A stretch of DNA of 64,000 nt from Bigelowiella natans CCMP2755 (GCA_000320545.1 ADNK01003121.1:1-64000); one strand, 5' to 3'; numbered from the stretch's first letter, positions 40,056 through 55,638 are shown. The notes: generated by a model from the letters alone, not told the origin. A program made the numbers and translations.

Positions 40056-42802
40056 TGTATGTTCATAGTGCGGAGACAAAAAATCATCGACAATTTTTCG
40101 TGGTAAGAAGTCATGACTTTTACGATCGCCGTCATTACGACTATTCCCTGCTGCATGCTACTGGAGTCGTAGCTTCCAACAACAATCTCTCATTATAGCA
40201 GTCCCCATCCCCCCCCCCCACTCACAACACCTCTGCTACTACACTCCAAATACTACCGCATTGATAAATCTTGCATGTCGTGACGCCGCCCACCGTACTC
40301 CCATTGCGTCGTGTGCTTTTCATGACGTGAAAACAAAACGTAACTACACGCATAATTCGCTCGTGTTTAGGTGTAAAACCACCCCAACAAGGCAAATATC
40401 GGCTAAATACGGTATATCCATTGAGCACAAACAAGGAGGGTGGTGGTACTACCGATTACAAGGGTAATAATGGCGGCTAGACCGAAAAGATAGCTGTCGA
40501 ATCCGTGATGTAGCCCTATTGTCATCACCTGGATGGTGTGTACGTTGTCTTCAAGAGGAGGAGGAATAGGAGGGGTATGATGATAAACTATCACTGATTC
40601 TATAAGAACTAGCACTACTGCCCTAATCTACTACTTAAAACATACCACAGCGCTACAGCATGATGTGTGAGAGCTTGGCATGCCTCCCGCCTTGAAGATA
40701 ATTAGATTAAGTGGGTTATTACACTTGATGACATTCTGGTGAAGGGGTGTTAATATAAATTGCCGCCTTCTTTACCTCTCCTACTCTCCAGCACTCCCAA
40801 GAAACACGTCTCAAATAAATCCAAGACAGCAAAGAATGCATGGGTGCCTTTACCACCTACTCAGCAGGTAAATTTTATGTTAATAGCCTAATATCATTGA
40901 GAAGTGTCGCAGCAAACGCCGTCCATGTTACTACATAAACCGTGCTATGTGAGTACTACGGTACAAAGACAATAGCTGCTGCTTCGACTCACTTACTTGG
41001 GTGAGTAAGCATGTCGTCAACCCCACTATGAGGACTCTATTGTTGATCAACACCCACAGATCTGATAGCAAATCACGATGCTGTTTTGACTGGCTACCCC
41101 CATTCGCACCAAAGTGCTGCTGCTTCTGCTGCCGTTGCGTCTGGGATGATGATGATGTCGGCGATGATGATAACGATGAATCGTTGCTAAATGCTTTTGA
41201 CGATAGAACTTCGCGCAAAAAGAATGGAGCGCCCAGCATGGATTTTGACAGAGCGTCTCCTTGTGTGAGAGGGGTAGGAAGTTGACGAAGATGGCTCCCC
41301 GTCAGAATGTTGTTGCTTATCATTATCGAAGACAATCCCAACATAGCCTGGAAGAAGAAGGAGAAGGAATAAAGAAACGGAAAAATAGGTTGAATACTCA
41401 AATGATCATGACAATATGGAAATCTAAATGTCGGTGTCAAAAGAGATGGAGATGTAGTTATTACCACCAAGATAACAACAGAGCAGCCAAATATAAAACG
41501 GGGGTTGTCTGTTCTACATTTCCCGGTAGGAGCATCCTCTGCTATCGGAGTTTGGAGACCTACTTCGTCGCAATACCCATCAAGTAGACTGTTGCTTCTG
41601 TCCCGAAGAAGGGGCCGATACAGAATAATTGTACTGCGAATATCCGTTGAATAATAGCCCATTTTGCCTGATGGTCGTTCCCTGTTGCAGTTAAGAGTGA
41701 TACCAAGAATGAAAAATGTATCGCACGGAGGCTGTAGAAAGTGTGACGATTACCTTCAAGGGCTAGTTTGTAGCCGGGAGAAAAGGGCAGCTGGTGCACA
41801 AACTAACACCTATTTTCATCATCGTTGTTTTTGCAATAGTGAAACCATCGAGAGTGCGAGCAAAAGGTGACGGCGAACAAGATTTTTGCGTGCATTATGC
41901 ATGCTTCTTACACAAGAGCTTGTAGCTAGCCTCACCTACAACGTGCTCGCTTGGCAGCCATACCGGGACATCCTTTCTCTTGGCCAAGAGCACACCCCCA
42001 CTAGAGGTTTTGGTTTGTGCAAAGAAAGGCAGTTTCGATGCTGATCTTTAGGATGTTTTCGGTGCAACTTCATTTCAATATTTTATATTTATAAATAAAT
42101 ATACTTTATCCTCTTCGTTCGGAAAGAAGCTTAACAAAATTCCTCGGTAAAACTACCTAATATTTAGATCATAGTCATATGAGTATGGAATTACCTATAG
42201 AGCCTTCCGATTGGTGCATGAACTTAGACGATTTTATCCCTGTTAATGAATGATGTTGAAGTCGTCAATAATGATCATCCTTTATTTTACTTCTCGAAAG
42301 CATTCCTCAAGAGCGTAAAGCAAGCATTAACTCTTAAAACCCCCTTCTTCTCGCCGATGAAAATGTCGACGTCGAGGGGGGGTCTAAAATAGTCTAAAAT
42401 GTAGGGGTTAGTTCCAATGAGACTTCCTAGGACTTCGTATATTTTTCAGATTATATTTTTCGATACTCCACAAATATTAATTGTGAAATTGTCCAAGCGT
42501 CAATGAATATTCACATTCTTTATTCTTTTTATATTATTTTTAAATATTCTTCGATTAAAAATTTCTAATCCCAATATTTGAAAAAGTGCAACATGTGAAC
42601 AGCACTTGTTTTAACAGGCCTAGTGCTCCGATTTGACCAGTACGACATCTGTATTTGGAGGACGTACAAGAAATTCAGGTCCCAAAAACGGGAAAAGAAT
42701 GCAGTGATTGGCATAGTTGTTCGCTGTAGTCTTGGGCCGTCGAGCGGAAACTAGGTTCGCTATAACGACAACAACTCTAAGTCTGACCCGCTGTTGGTGC
42801 AT
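38200..42802 (-). CDS. Uncharacterised multi-exon gene; ends approximate
   Basis: A series of minus-strand AG/GT-bounded open segments, e.g. GVLLAKRKDVPVWLPSEHVV, FVHQLPFSPGYKLALE, AKWAIIQRIFAVQLF and GDALSKSMLGAPFFLREVLS. No recognisable domain. Confidence 0.4.
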
Positions 42803-42955
42803 AGGGATACAGATGTTTTCGGGGTAGAAAAGTCCAAAAAAGGAAAGAATGGGAACATGCTAAAGTTCTTAGCATGTTTCAGGTCAGGAAATATTTAATC
42901 CTAGAAGGAGCAAGCGGCGATCAGGACGAAAGCTCCTCCAGCAGCCACGGGAGGA

Positions 42956-43822
42956 ATGCAGGGGGGCAATGACGACAAAAGTAGCGCTCAAACTAGTCAA
43001 AGAGAGAAAGTTAGGGAAAGCAAACGAAGGTTTGTTGATAGGTTATGAAAAATATGTTCGTGAATGATATCTCCACGTTGCAGCTCGGAAAGCAAGATGA
43101 CCGAGGAGGATTCCAGCACTCATAATGACAACGGAGACTCCAACCCTGAGCATGGGAGTGGATATCACAAAAATGCTGATCAAAACAGTGATGAGTATGG
43201 CTACAATCCAAAGAGTGAGGAAACGGCCCCTCCGGTAACCATAAACAAGAAAGGAACGAAGAGGCAATGGAGCAATGGCGACGAAAGTAGTGCGCAAGCT
43301 CAATCTAGCCGAAGGAAGAAAGTTCGGAAGGACGAACCAAGGTTTCTCGATGTGATATAATAACATGCTTGTGAGTTGACAATTATACGATCTTACAGCA
43401 GCTCGGACAGCAAAAAGGCTGAGGAAGTTGACTATGGAGAATCGTATGAACCAGAGTACGGGGGCGATTATAACAGCAATGACGACGATAAAAGCGGCGA
43501 TTACGGCTATAACCCAAATGATAGTGAGTCTTGATATATAGAATGCTGGTAGTCTCTTTCATTTCTGATGCCAAGCTGTAACGAAAGGTGGTGACTACAA
43601 TGATGATGCGGGAGGTCCAGATTATGGCAACAATGATGGTGATGGTGGGGATGGTGGTGGATATTACCCAGAAGCTGACTACGGAGACGCTCCTCCCACT
43701 CCACCTTCTCTCGATTCCCAGTCTGCTGCTGCTGCTTCAAATACCGATAATGCATGTCGTCACATGATAAGGGGGACGGGGGAAAGTCAAAGGCTGAGAG
43801 AATGATGGCGAAAATGGGGTAG

Positions 43823-43861
<39 letters not shown>

Positions 43862-44438
43862 ATGCGTGTGCATACTATATCAGAATTTTGATTTTCCTCT
43901 TCGTTCGGAGAGACATTGTTCCGAAAAACATAATTTTCCAAAAAGGAACACACACACGCACTCTCTTACACATTTGTTGCGCCCAGGTATAAAAGCGGTA
44001 TGGGGCTTGGGCGTGCAGGTCAGGGAAGGCTGAACCCGGTTTTAGAGAGCACCCAAGTCTCGCGACAAGGCCTTGGCTTCGCAGCTGCTCGAGAGGTGAT
44101 GATTGAAATTATATCTTGGGCAGAGGAGGGTGTGTTGTGAATTCATGTCCTTTGATGGAAAAGCCCTATCCCATTGCTTTAAGTTTTACATCTTTTGCCG
44201 CATACGATACCGACTAAATAACAGGAGATGAAAGAAGAGCTCGATGACTCACAGGATGCCGACTTAGAGGTAGTAGTTGAGATCTATTTCATTTGTCCGA
44301 CATTGCAATGACTGGCACACGCAATTGGAGTGTAGAAAGGAGAGATTATTGACTTGATAGCAATCATCAACTCTTGCACAGGTGAGTTGGTGATGGTGAT
44401 GAATGTGGATGATGGCGATGATGATGATAATGAAAATG

Positions 44439-44475
<37 letters not shown>

Positions 44476-46333
44476 GGGCGTTGTGGAAGTTAATGTTCAG
44501 CTTGAGGTCAAGTGGGCTCCGGAGGATACTGGACCAGGTAAATGGTGATGATCATGATAACGAGGAGGATGATAAATCACATCATGCTGCCAGTATTCTT
44601 AATATTTCGACTATTGGTAATTGTTAGTTCCTCAAAGAATTCCTCGAGAATGGATGGTTACGGTACTAATAATAACTCTCCTCCCCGTGCTACTGCTGCT
44701 GCTGCAGCTAATGATACTTGTACTCATGTCGTATAACAATGAAGTGTCCATTTGAGTAACTACTAGTAGTAGTAATAGTAGAAACCGCTGTTTTACACAT
44801 CAGCATTTTCTTCAGATGCCAAATAATACTCAAGATACACAATCCATTGTATGTAGAGCGACCTTCATACTTACCTTCTTCGTGGCTGTTACCATTCACA
44901 TCACAAATCGTTTAAAAACTACTCCTGTTATCTCTTCTTCTACCTGCAGGGTAGTGATATAATGTTTGAGTCTTCTGAAGTCACCGAGTTCAGGAAGCAA
45001 GAAGCTCAAAAACAGCATTTGCATTCCTCGTCGAGAAACGTTGACAAGGTCGAATGAGCTGCCCTTACGCTCGTTCGTTTGCTAAGCTCTGAAGCATTTT
45101 CATTATCAGCTGTTCTCATGATACCCATGCCCCCCCCCCCCCCATGAATAATTAAATATCACTATTTCGTATGGAAAATGAATCGTTCTTTGTAGTGACC
45201 GATATATTTGTCATGCAGGTGCCCCCTCCTCCAGGCTATTACTGCCGTTTGTGCGATGTTCTTCTCCTAGAATCAGCGTCGCCGTCACTGCAGAGTAATA
45301 GTGGCAACGATGATGATAGGTCTGAATAAGCATACGCTACTGCACGTAGCTGAGTGGAGCGCCAATGAATCATCTTGCACACAATCAGCAGCATCGTAGT
45401 CATAGCAGTAGTCATAGCAGCCACACACAGTGCAAAACTGAATAACTATGATACGCAGCACATCATTCCAATTTGTTAGTGAAGAACCTTCATGGTATAA
45501 TATATATCGAGAGGATATTTTGCTGACATATTCGTCTCATTCGTAAACTGAAAAAGTACTACCAACTCTATTCTTGCTATTTTCATTTTATTATATGTGT
45601 ACGCCTCCCTGCTGCCTCTTTTCTTAGAATGTCGTCGTTGAAGGCAAAACTGGCGGAGCACGAAAAGAGCGATTTGCACCAAGAGCGAATGCGTGTTATG
45701 TGCGGTGAGGATGATGAGATAATACATGACAGATAGTTTTGACGGTGATGATTATGATGATGACGATGATGATGATGATGGTCGTTATCTGGACTCGAGC
45801 AATCATCATCGATCCTCGATTGCGAACCAAATATTAAGCATGGAATTTCGGGAATCAAGCCTCTTTCCTACTTCGCTTACGAGTGTATCGTCGTTTGTTG
45901 TGTTGCACTGCATTCTAGGCGAGTATGGCTCCATCGCCCTGCAGAGAAAAATCTTCACAGCAAAGTCACGCTTTGATGACATCGACGATAGGACATTCCG
46001 AAACGCTAGGTGAGGAGTTTATGTATGCTGAGTAGTGTAGTACCTTAGTGCCTTACCTCCTCCTGCTGCTGTGCGCATATTAATCGATGAGAAGATCATC
46101 CTATCAGCTCTATTTCCCTCATCATAATTATTTCCATTTGGCTTTCTCCTCCTCCATCGCCCATTTTTCGTCCATGGAAGAACACGATCCAACCCTTTTG
46201 AGCTGATAAAGAAGGAAGGTTAGACAAAGAGTAGAAGAAGAAAAACAAAACGAAAAAGAAAATAATGCTGCAATAATGGCCATCACAATTTTCGTTGCTC
46301 ATTCCTTGTTTCCCTCACCCACCCACTCTCACC

Positions 46334-46388
<55 letters not shown>

Positions 46389-47134
46389 ACACACACACAC
46401 ACACACACACACCCTTACTTACTTACTTTATATATGATCACATGCTCGTAGCGTAACTCAAGGTCATTTGTCTCACTAGAATTTTTTGTCATTCATCACC
46501 ACCATTGCCATTATCATCGTCGTCGCCATTGTCATCATCATAATTATCATCATAATCATCATATCCAATGGTCGCAGGTTTCCAAAACCGGGCTGCCTTG
46601 AAAATGGCTGAGATGGACGCGATGACCAAGCGCCTCTTCACCTTGCAACCTCAGGTATACTTTTCCCATTCAAGTAGCATCGTTTGACTTTTTGTGATAA
46701 AGATGATGCCAAAGAGGATAACGATGGTGACAGTGAGCATGATGATGACAATGATAGTGATGATATTTTTAACTAAGAATTTGGAAGCACGTGAACGAAT
46801 GAAGCGACCAGGAGGGGAAAGGCGGCCAGTGTATTTTGCCGACATTTGTGCAGGACCTGGTGGATTCAGCGAATTCATGCTAAGCGTCCTCAAATGGAGG
46901 GTAATACTACTACTGGTAGTAGTAATAGTGGCTTGCTCTCGTTTCATCATTTCACGACCACAATGACGTATGTATGCAAACAACCTGCGGCTGTAAATTT
47001 GCGACAACGTAAAACCAATCAAATCACTTCCGCATGGTCCTCCTCCTCCTCCTCCTCCTCGTCCTGCTTCAGGCTAAGGGCTTTGGCTTTACCCTGAGAG
47101 GGAGCAACGATTTCAAATTGTAAGAAGAAGAATG

Positions 47135-47165
<31 letters not shown>

Positions 47166-48381
47166 ACAAAAAGCAATGCCAACTCAGAATATCGATTCCT
47201 AACGCATATTCTCCCATTACCAGTGCCATATATCATGTGGACCTTGATGATAAGCTATCACCTCTCCCTAGCTCTACGTCCCTCCCCCCTCTTGCAATAT
47301 CACTTTGCCTGCCCCTCTGCCTGTCCCCAACACTATTTATATGTATTGATTATTGATTGCCGATGATTAGATACAAATTCAATCCGAGCTCTATCCCACA
47401 AGCTTTCAGGGCATTCTACGGGGTACTTACTACTAGTAGCAATTGCAGTGTGCCAGCAGTTTTGCTTGAATGCATTGGCGATTTCCTTGTTTCATTGCAT
47501 TCGTTGCCTCTGCTACTACTACGTCGCTGCTGGGGTATGGTATGACACATACCGATGAGCGAAGAGAAGATGACGTACACACCGCCCATCCTTTATTGTT
47601 ACCACATCATCGTCGCATCAGGTGGATGATACCGGAGATATAACAAAAACAGCTAATATGAGGGACTTTCAGCGGAAGGTAACTGCTACCACTCACATAC
47701 CGTCTACACGTGGGTATGAATCATCACTAGCCAGCCGTTGATTGAGAAAGGGGGGGGAGGGGGGAGGGGGGGGGGGGATGGATGGAATACTTCTGGGTCA
47801 TCAACAAGCATCTTCTAGGGATTCAATGGGACTGAAAATGGAGGGGTGCACATGGTACTTGCTGACGGGGGATTTTCTGTCCGGGGAGGACGAGAGAATC
47901 AGCAAGAATTGCTTTCACAGCAGCTGGTGGGTGGGTGGGTGGGTGGGTGGTGTGTATCGGTCTAACAACAACCAAATAGTAGAGTAGGAGGAGGAGGAGG
48001 AGGAGGGGAGGGACGATGGAAGTATATGGAGTATTTGTGATTATATTTGTAATATCAGTGTATACTATGCACCCAGGTTCTCTGTCAATTCACAACAGCT
48101 CTAATGACATTACGTAAAGGTCAATTGTTTCTCCATAGCAGATATATCCCACCATTATCATCATCATCACCATCATTATTTCTCTCGATGAATCAACAAC
48201 AATAGCACTAGCAACACCATCGTTATCGTTCAAAGCGGCTATGTGCTTCTTCTTCTTCTTCTTCTTCTTCTTCTTCTTCTTCTTCTTCTTCCAGGGGGCA
48301 CGTTTGTGTGCAAGTTATTTGATACGTTCTTGCCGTTCACGGTCCATTGCATGTACATACTGAAAAGGTTGCTATCAAATC

Positions 48382-48413
<32 letters not shown>

Positions 48414-48561
48414 AGGGACGAAATCGATAGAAATAAAGAGAGAAAGGGAGAGGGGCAAGGGGGGGAGGAGGCGGAAGAGAAGGCGGTACTCTTGTCATGA
48501 TGATGGATGCCCTTGTGTAATTCCAGCTAAATCGATTCTATATATATATAAATATAATAAT

Positions 48562-48601
<40 letters not shown>

Positions 48602-49406
48602 CGCCGTCACTTCTCAACAACAACTGGCTGCCATACGCACACACGTCGTTGCAGCACAGAAAACATACACCCGTAACAACAAACATGTGCTATTCCACTA
48701 TTGTTATTTTTCCATGTGCTATTATTCCATTATTGCTGTTTTTCATCAGGTGCTTCCGCAAATTCGCCCTTCTCAAGCCGAACCAAAGCCGCCCTGCCAA
48801 CTCGGAGCGATATGCTCTTTTTACAGGTCTAAAGGAAGAAAGACCAAGCGCTGTCATTGATTACCTCCTCGCCGTCAACGACACGATGAGCGACTTCAGA
48901 AGGAAAAACGAGAAGAAAAGAGTCACAAGACTGGTATATCACTATTATTCGCTGTGTGATGTAAGATGTGGCCATGAGCGAAATACTATTCTTTTTGTTT
49001 TTCATTCAACCGCTGTTCTGTGCTACTGTCTCAGCCAATGGGTGCATCATATATAGCAGCAGTAGTAGCAGTGGTAGTAGTAGTAGTGGTAGGGGTAGAC
49101 CATGGTGATGATTCGAGAATATAACCTCTCATTAGCAAGAGCAATGAAACTCAGACAATAACTTGCTCTCCCTCCTCATAGCACAACAACCAGTTATGAT
49201 GATGATGATGATGATGATGATATTAAGTCGATAAATAAATAAACACTGCAGGTGCCTAAATCGGAGATGGATAAAGACTTTTTAGAGTACGTGAGAGCCT
49301 GGAATAACAGCAATGCGAAGCGGCAGATCATGTCCTTAAACAAGCTCATGAGGTCTGTCTTGGCTACTAGCTATCGAAACTAATACTACTGTTACTGCTA
49401 GTGCTG

Positions 49407-49440
<34 letters not shown>

Positions 49441-49610
49441 ACCTACTTCTACTAAAGGGTCACGGAAAAGGGGTATTATCTTGAAGTCGAGCTACTCAAC
49501 AACTAAGTTCTTTCTTCCTCTTTTTCTTCTCTTTCTTCTTCTTCTTCTTCTTCTTATTGTGATGCTTAGATTCATCCTAGACCGCACTTTGCCATCCGAT
49601 AATCAGGTGC

Positions 49611-49644
<34 letters not shown>

Positions 49645-49936
49645 AAGTAGAGGAAGATGATCTACGGCGACGAGAAGAAAAAGAAGATAATGATCACTAT
49701 GCTGCAGCTTAATAGAAAGGTTGATGAGAGAGGGAGAGACCTCACATCTAACCCTCACTTCCTCTCTAATATGATATACATATATTTTCATGTAATACAT
49801 TTGCATTTTAGGAAAAAATACGGCAAGAATGCGTTACATTTTGGGGTCTTTCCTCCTCCTCCCCCTCCCCACAAGATCGTCATTTTGAACGGAAACAGCA
49901 GCAACAACGCACACCCCCCGTAACGATTACATGACT

Positions 49937-49968
<32 letters not shown>

Positions 49969-50104
49969 AACACGAAGAAGAAGAGGATGATGATGAAAGA
50001 AGGATAAGTAGTAGTCGTTGTCGCAGTAGTTGTAAGTGTTGCATAACAATATACTATTATCACTATTAATAATGATAATGATGATAATACAACTGCTAAT
50101 ATTT

Positions 50105-50142
<38 letters not shown>

Positions 50143-50505
50143 ACTACTACTACTACAACTCAAACAACAACAGCTTCGTCAATTTGGACAAGAACGATGG
50201 AATGAAGCTATTTTATGCAGCAAACAACAGAGGCTATCATCACAACGCGCCTGTGCGTGATCCGTGGAGAAGGGTAATAATAATGCGAAGAAGGACCAGC
50301 ATATTCTCACCACGGGGTGCCATGTTTATGATTCGTCTTGTGTCTGAATGATGATGACAATGATCAATTCTCTCCCTCTACATATGTTTATTTATTTATT
50401 TATTTATTTGCATACATAGGATGAGAATGCTCATAAAATCCGTCAAACTATGGAAACAGAATGTCTGGACTGGCGACTACAGGTTCTGTTGTTGCTCCCT
50501 TACAT

Positions 50506-50539
<34 letters not shown>

Positions 50540-50898
50540 CTTGATCACATCAACCCATTCATGATATTCTTTGACCAAACAGGTACCGTTCGGTACTCAA
50601 GGAGGCAGCAGAGGCAATAGCTCATCATCATCATCATCATCATCGTTCGCTGAAACGCTTCGTAAGGCAAAGACGTTCATGCACAATCCCAGGGAATGGT
50701 TTTGCTATCGTCTTCCATCCGGAGGACAACGAACGTATCTTTTAGGTAGAACAAGGGCATGAGCCAGAACAGGCACCAGCAATAGCACCAGCACATCAGC
50801 AGCAGCCTTAATACCATTCAGTCATTCATATTTTTCGCACATATGTGGCGCTATTTTCAGCCTAATACTAATAATATGTGCCCCCTCGCCTTCCCGCG

Positions 50899-50949
<51 letters not shown>

Positions 50950-52845
50950 TTCTCTCCTGCTGCTTCATCACTGATTTCAACGTGGCCGTTGTCAATTAGC
51001 TACTCCAAGTGGAATAGTGATGGAAAATCTCGACGCAAATAGAGGAGGAGGAGGAGGAAGAAGACAACGGTTGTAGTAGTAGTAGCAGCAGCAGCAGGAG
51101 GAGGAGGAGGAGGAGGAGGTGAAGGAGGAGGAGGATAGAGAAGCAAACAAGCCTATTTATTAGATGAGTAGTTGTCGCTTTGAAAGGAAATGTTTCTCCT
51201 TCCACGACTAATGATATATGATTGTTTGCATTTCCTCCTCACCCCCCTCCTCCCCCTCCTCCACCTTCATCTCTTTCTTTTGCTGATGCTGTTTGTTGCC
51301 CCCCTCCTTCCTATCTCCCCTCAATGCTCCGACAACTGCTATCACAATATAAAACCTGCTTTTACTTCTACTTACTACTACTACCACTACTACTACTGCT
51401 GCTGCTGCTGCTGCAACTACTAATGGCACAACCAGAAGGTTTCAACGGCTTGCTGTCCGGGTAGTAATCATTGTTCGCTTGCTAATCTGCTGCTGCTGAC
51501 ACGAGGATAGGATAAATAGTAGTAATAGTCGTAGTAGTAGTAGAATATGGCAGTCGCTCACCCACTCCATTTGCGTTGTTACAACGAATTGGGGATTATT
51601 TATTTGTCTGATGTGAGTTCCCAATGCTGCTTGTTATCATTTTTAATCACAACGTTGTAAGTTGGGGAGGCATCAAGGCATACCCCCGGATACAGTGCTA
51701 GAAGTTGTCGTATGTGGGCAGTATATCTATGCCATCGACGCCTTGTGTTTAGGCGGTGATTTTAATGTAATAACGTAATAATGTAGTAGTAACAATAACA
51801 ATCTGCAAGTATTTACCATTCACTAGAAGAAAACACACGCGTGGATGAAGGAGGGGAATAAGAGCAGTATTGAAGCCATCCACCATCGACACACACACAC
51901 ACACACACACACATACACACACACATAGGTATACACTAACACGCATTACTGGTATGAATCTACACTATTATAAATATTTGCTCACCTACAACAATGTATT
52001 AGCGTACGTCATGAATGTTTGTGTGTGTGTGTGTGTGTGTGTTTGTGCGTGTGTGTGTCTGTGTGGGAATATGTGGGGTTATGCTTTTTACATCATAAGA
52101 TTTGGAGAAGAACCTTCAAGGAAAGGAAAGAGCTCCTGCGTTTATTTATCGATAGGTATTGATTATCATCATAACCATCACCATCAGATATCATCACCCT
52201 AATCCTGCTTTTCCGTCCTTCTCAATGGTATTTTGCATTCTCGATATGTTTACCTCGCGTCCATTTCCACACACTTCTCATACGCATGTGTTGTGTTGCT
52301 CAGCATTAGAGGTGGGGGTGAGCTGATTGCCCTAAAGTTCTCTCCGCCAGAGCACCTCTTCCAATTCATTGACGACCAGCAGTTTTTCGCCGCCGACGAT
52401 GGCCCGGAATCAAGAGCTTTGAGCATTTATTTTATTCGTGACAAGCCCAAGCCTAACAAGAGCGTGGAGTTTCACATGGCAACAAATGGGTATGCGAATT
52501 CTCCCTCCCCCACAGATCGATCGATCGATGAAGAAGAGTATGCAGCAGCAACCGGTTTTGTATGGATTGAACACTTATTGTGTACTGCTAATGCTACTGC
52601 TACTACTACTACTACTACTACCACTGATGCGTTGTAGTATGATATATCAAAAATCATCGTATGCGGGGATCATAACATTTGTCTTTGTGTTTCTAGTAAT
52701 GTGGCTAAATATGCATTAAAGTTCGTGTGTAGATCATACTGTTTTTGCTGCTGGATTAATAAATAGAATCTGTCCACTGAAGACGCCACTGCGGGAACTC
52801 AGGGATATGCTGTACAAGCTTCATCAAAATTCCAAGCGAAGATGA
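42956..52845 (+). CDS. CMTR1: Cap-specific mRNA (nucleoside-2'-O)-methyltransferase 1 (G-patch + FtsJ/RrmJ MTase + C-terminal guanylyltransferase-like region)
   Basis: G-patch: AERMMAKMG|YKSGMGLGRAGQGRLNPV...QGLGF. MTase: FQNRAALKMAEMD, YFADICAGPGGFSEF, KGFGFTL, GDIT, GGTFVCKLFDTF, LLKPNQSRPANSERY. Stop at 52845; start approximate. Confidence 0.92.
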
Positions 52846-53476
52846 AGAGCTATTGCTGTTTTGAACGGAGATAATACTGTTGGTATTTCATGTTCATTAC
52901 ACCCAAAAGAACCTGGATATTTGGCGACGACTACAGGTAGCAGGGGCTTTCGAAAAACAGTTTCAATGAAATTCTGAAGCAGAATACTGTTTCATATGTA
53001 TTTTTCGATTTAACGCGGGAAGTTTGTGCGTCAACTGCTACATACGCACATGGTATGCGTCATGCTAGAAACTAATCCAAATGTTGAGACGAGTTGCACT
53101 GGGCCGTACGTGCTAGCGTGTGTCGCGCCATGTACAAATAATATCGCTTTGAAAAATAAAATATGCATGCCGTGTTAGCATGATTCGAATCCGTGCAGCC
53201 TTTACTAGTTTAACTTGCTTTATAAAATGTTAGCATTGGCATCACTTGTCGCAAGTTTATCGAATGCATGCATGCGCTGTTGTCCACAATTAAGTGTGTA
53301 TGTACGCACACACATGTCTTTCGCAAGATATGACAAGCAACCGGAAAATTTTATTGATTCATTACATCCGTCTTATATGCGCTCACGTGCTAGCTTCTAG
53401 CAGCGCAGAGGTCGTTCGTTCAAGAAGCGAAGCTTTAGCACCTTTGTGTGTATTATCATCATCATCATCATCATCA

Positions 53477-53965
53477 TCACGATTGTTTGCGGATGTCGTC
53501 GGATATCCCTGACAAGTCAATTGGAGGCCGTAGAACAAGTGATTCTGGTGGCCGCACTTGCAGTGTAAGCTCCGAAATATCCTTTTTCAGCTTTGAGAAA
53601 TGCTCGAGATCAAAGCCCTCTTCCTCACAAATATGCTTGATTCGGCGCTAAGATACAGTAGCATTATGTTACGGGAATGAATAGCATTACGCTGCCATTC
53701 TCTTAACTTGCAGCATCAGCGCGATTAACACTGTTGTCGTCGATCTTATAAAAATCATCAAATGCACACATCTAATACTACACTGCTTGGCCTATTATTA
53801 TTGTACCTCCGTTACTCTTGATATGTACCCAGGAACCTCGAATTCAATTCCAAAAAATGCGATGTAAACGATTGCGAGGTTACCGAAGAAGATCCCGTAT
53901 AGATACGTGACAGGCTCCATAATGTCCCTGATTGATAATGATAACATTAGCCATCGAATATAGAG

Positions 53966-53999
<34 letters not shown>

Positions 54000-55638
54000 C
54001 TATATGTGCGGCCTCTGTGAGAGGCGCTGCCACCATTAGCACTATCGACTACTGGTACCTTCCTACTCTAATCATCGAAAATATGTCGTTATTATTATTA
54101 TTACTACTATTACCATCCCAAAGCAAAGTCACCGTCGCTGTAAACCAGATACGCGAAGAACGAGTACTTCGCAGACAACACGCTGATAATGCCCATCACG
54201 TGCATTTGCGCGTACCTTAAACAACACCCATAACCAAGATGAATCAATAAGCAAATCTAGAAACAGTGAATCGATATCCGAACAATCCATTGTAGCATTC
54301 GTCATTAGTATTGAGATGGGAAGAAATGAAAGAACCTTTTCGCTCTTCGGGCAATGCTCGAGTACTCACGCTCCATCTCTGCATATTCACCTGTCGGGTG
54401 AAATATTAAGTGTGATATTTCATCTACCCGCTGCAAGTAGTCGTAGAAGCCCTTTCTTTCTCCTCCTGGTGCTGTTACTCTTCTCGTTCACTATACACCT
54501 ACTACACTATCCTCTCCTTTCTTCCCCCACCCCCCATCGCCTTTATTATATAGAAGTACCTTCCCGTTGATGCAGAACTTTCCTTTCATTTTCGAGAAGT
54601 TTTAAATCTGGATCTACTTCCCTCAGAAGCTCGTCAATGACATTCATTGGGCGGAGATATAGCATCTACGACCATAGTATAATACCATGCAATAGAATAC
54701 ATAGTGAATCATGACGAGTCAAGCAGGGCGACAAATTTAATTACTTGATATTATTTATTTACCTTGTCCTCGCCACCGTTCATTGTGCTAGAACGAATCT
54801 GCAGCATGATGCATTAGAGAAAGAGACGAGATTATAAAATAAAGTTGCAGTTGCTGGTTGTATCAATGGCAATAGAGAATTTAAAATGGGGTGGTTTTTC
54901 ATTAGTATTACAAGAATGAGGGAGCTCTCGAGCATTCCTGCTACCCTGTGGCCCTCCTAAAATATATCCAAATATCATCTTGAGAAAAAAAAACAGGCAA
55001 AATACATAATAAACACCTTCTAGCTCATGTTTCACTATGTAACAAACAACATCAAAGCAAAGACCGATTCGTCGAGGCCATATTCCCGGCAGATATCCAG
55101 GAAGTCTTGAAAGGATATCCTTGGAGATACATTCTCATTATATTCTTCTAGTGCCTAATGATCAATCATTAGATCGTAACTCGTCACCCATTCACTCGTG
55201 CATGCATGCATGCAGCGTGTGCTTATCAACGTGTTCTTAATCAACGTGAGCAGAGATCGACACCTTGCGTATGAAAATGACCCGACGCTTGACGAGTAGA
55301 TCCTTTATTCCTCGAATTCCTTGACATTTGTCAACGTCGAGCGAACCAGTAGACAAATCTGATGAATATGAAAAGTAGTAGATGATCGATCATCGTATGC
55401 CGGTTCTGGTCATGTCCTAGTTTTCCAACATGCAAGAAATAGCTTCACCTGGCGTTGTGGAGAACTTTAGTCTTGCTCCCCCGAATATCATCCCTGCAAA
55501 GTTTTTCCTACCTTGGTGGTGGTGGTGGGAAACAATGCGAGCTGAAGACGCTGGAGGAGAGAAGCTGGAAAACAGCGATGTTTGGCGACGACCAAAATAT
55601 CGCTGAGAAGCCGTTCGTACCAAGCGCCATACCATCAT
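53477..55638 (-). CDS. MCU: Mitochondrial calcium uniporter pore subunit
   Basis: Arg/Ser-rich presequence MMVWRLVRTASQRYFGRRQ. Exon LYLRPMNV followed by a coiled coil. TM1-loop-TM2 reads FFAYLVYSDGDFALGW|DIMEPVTYLYGIFFG (WDIMEP signature). C-terminus GFDLEHF...KQS*. Confidence 0.92.

Noticed and set aside
40931-41662. MFS sugar transporter call for the minus-strand gene
   Set aside because: Hydrophobic stretches are partly intronic and no transporter signature motifs could be assembled.
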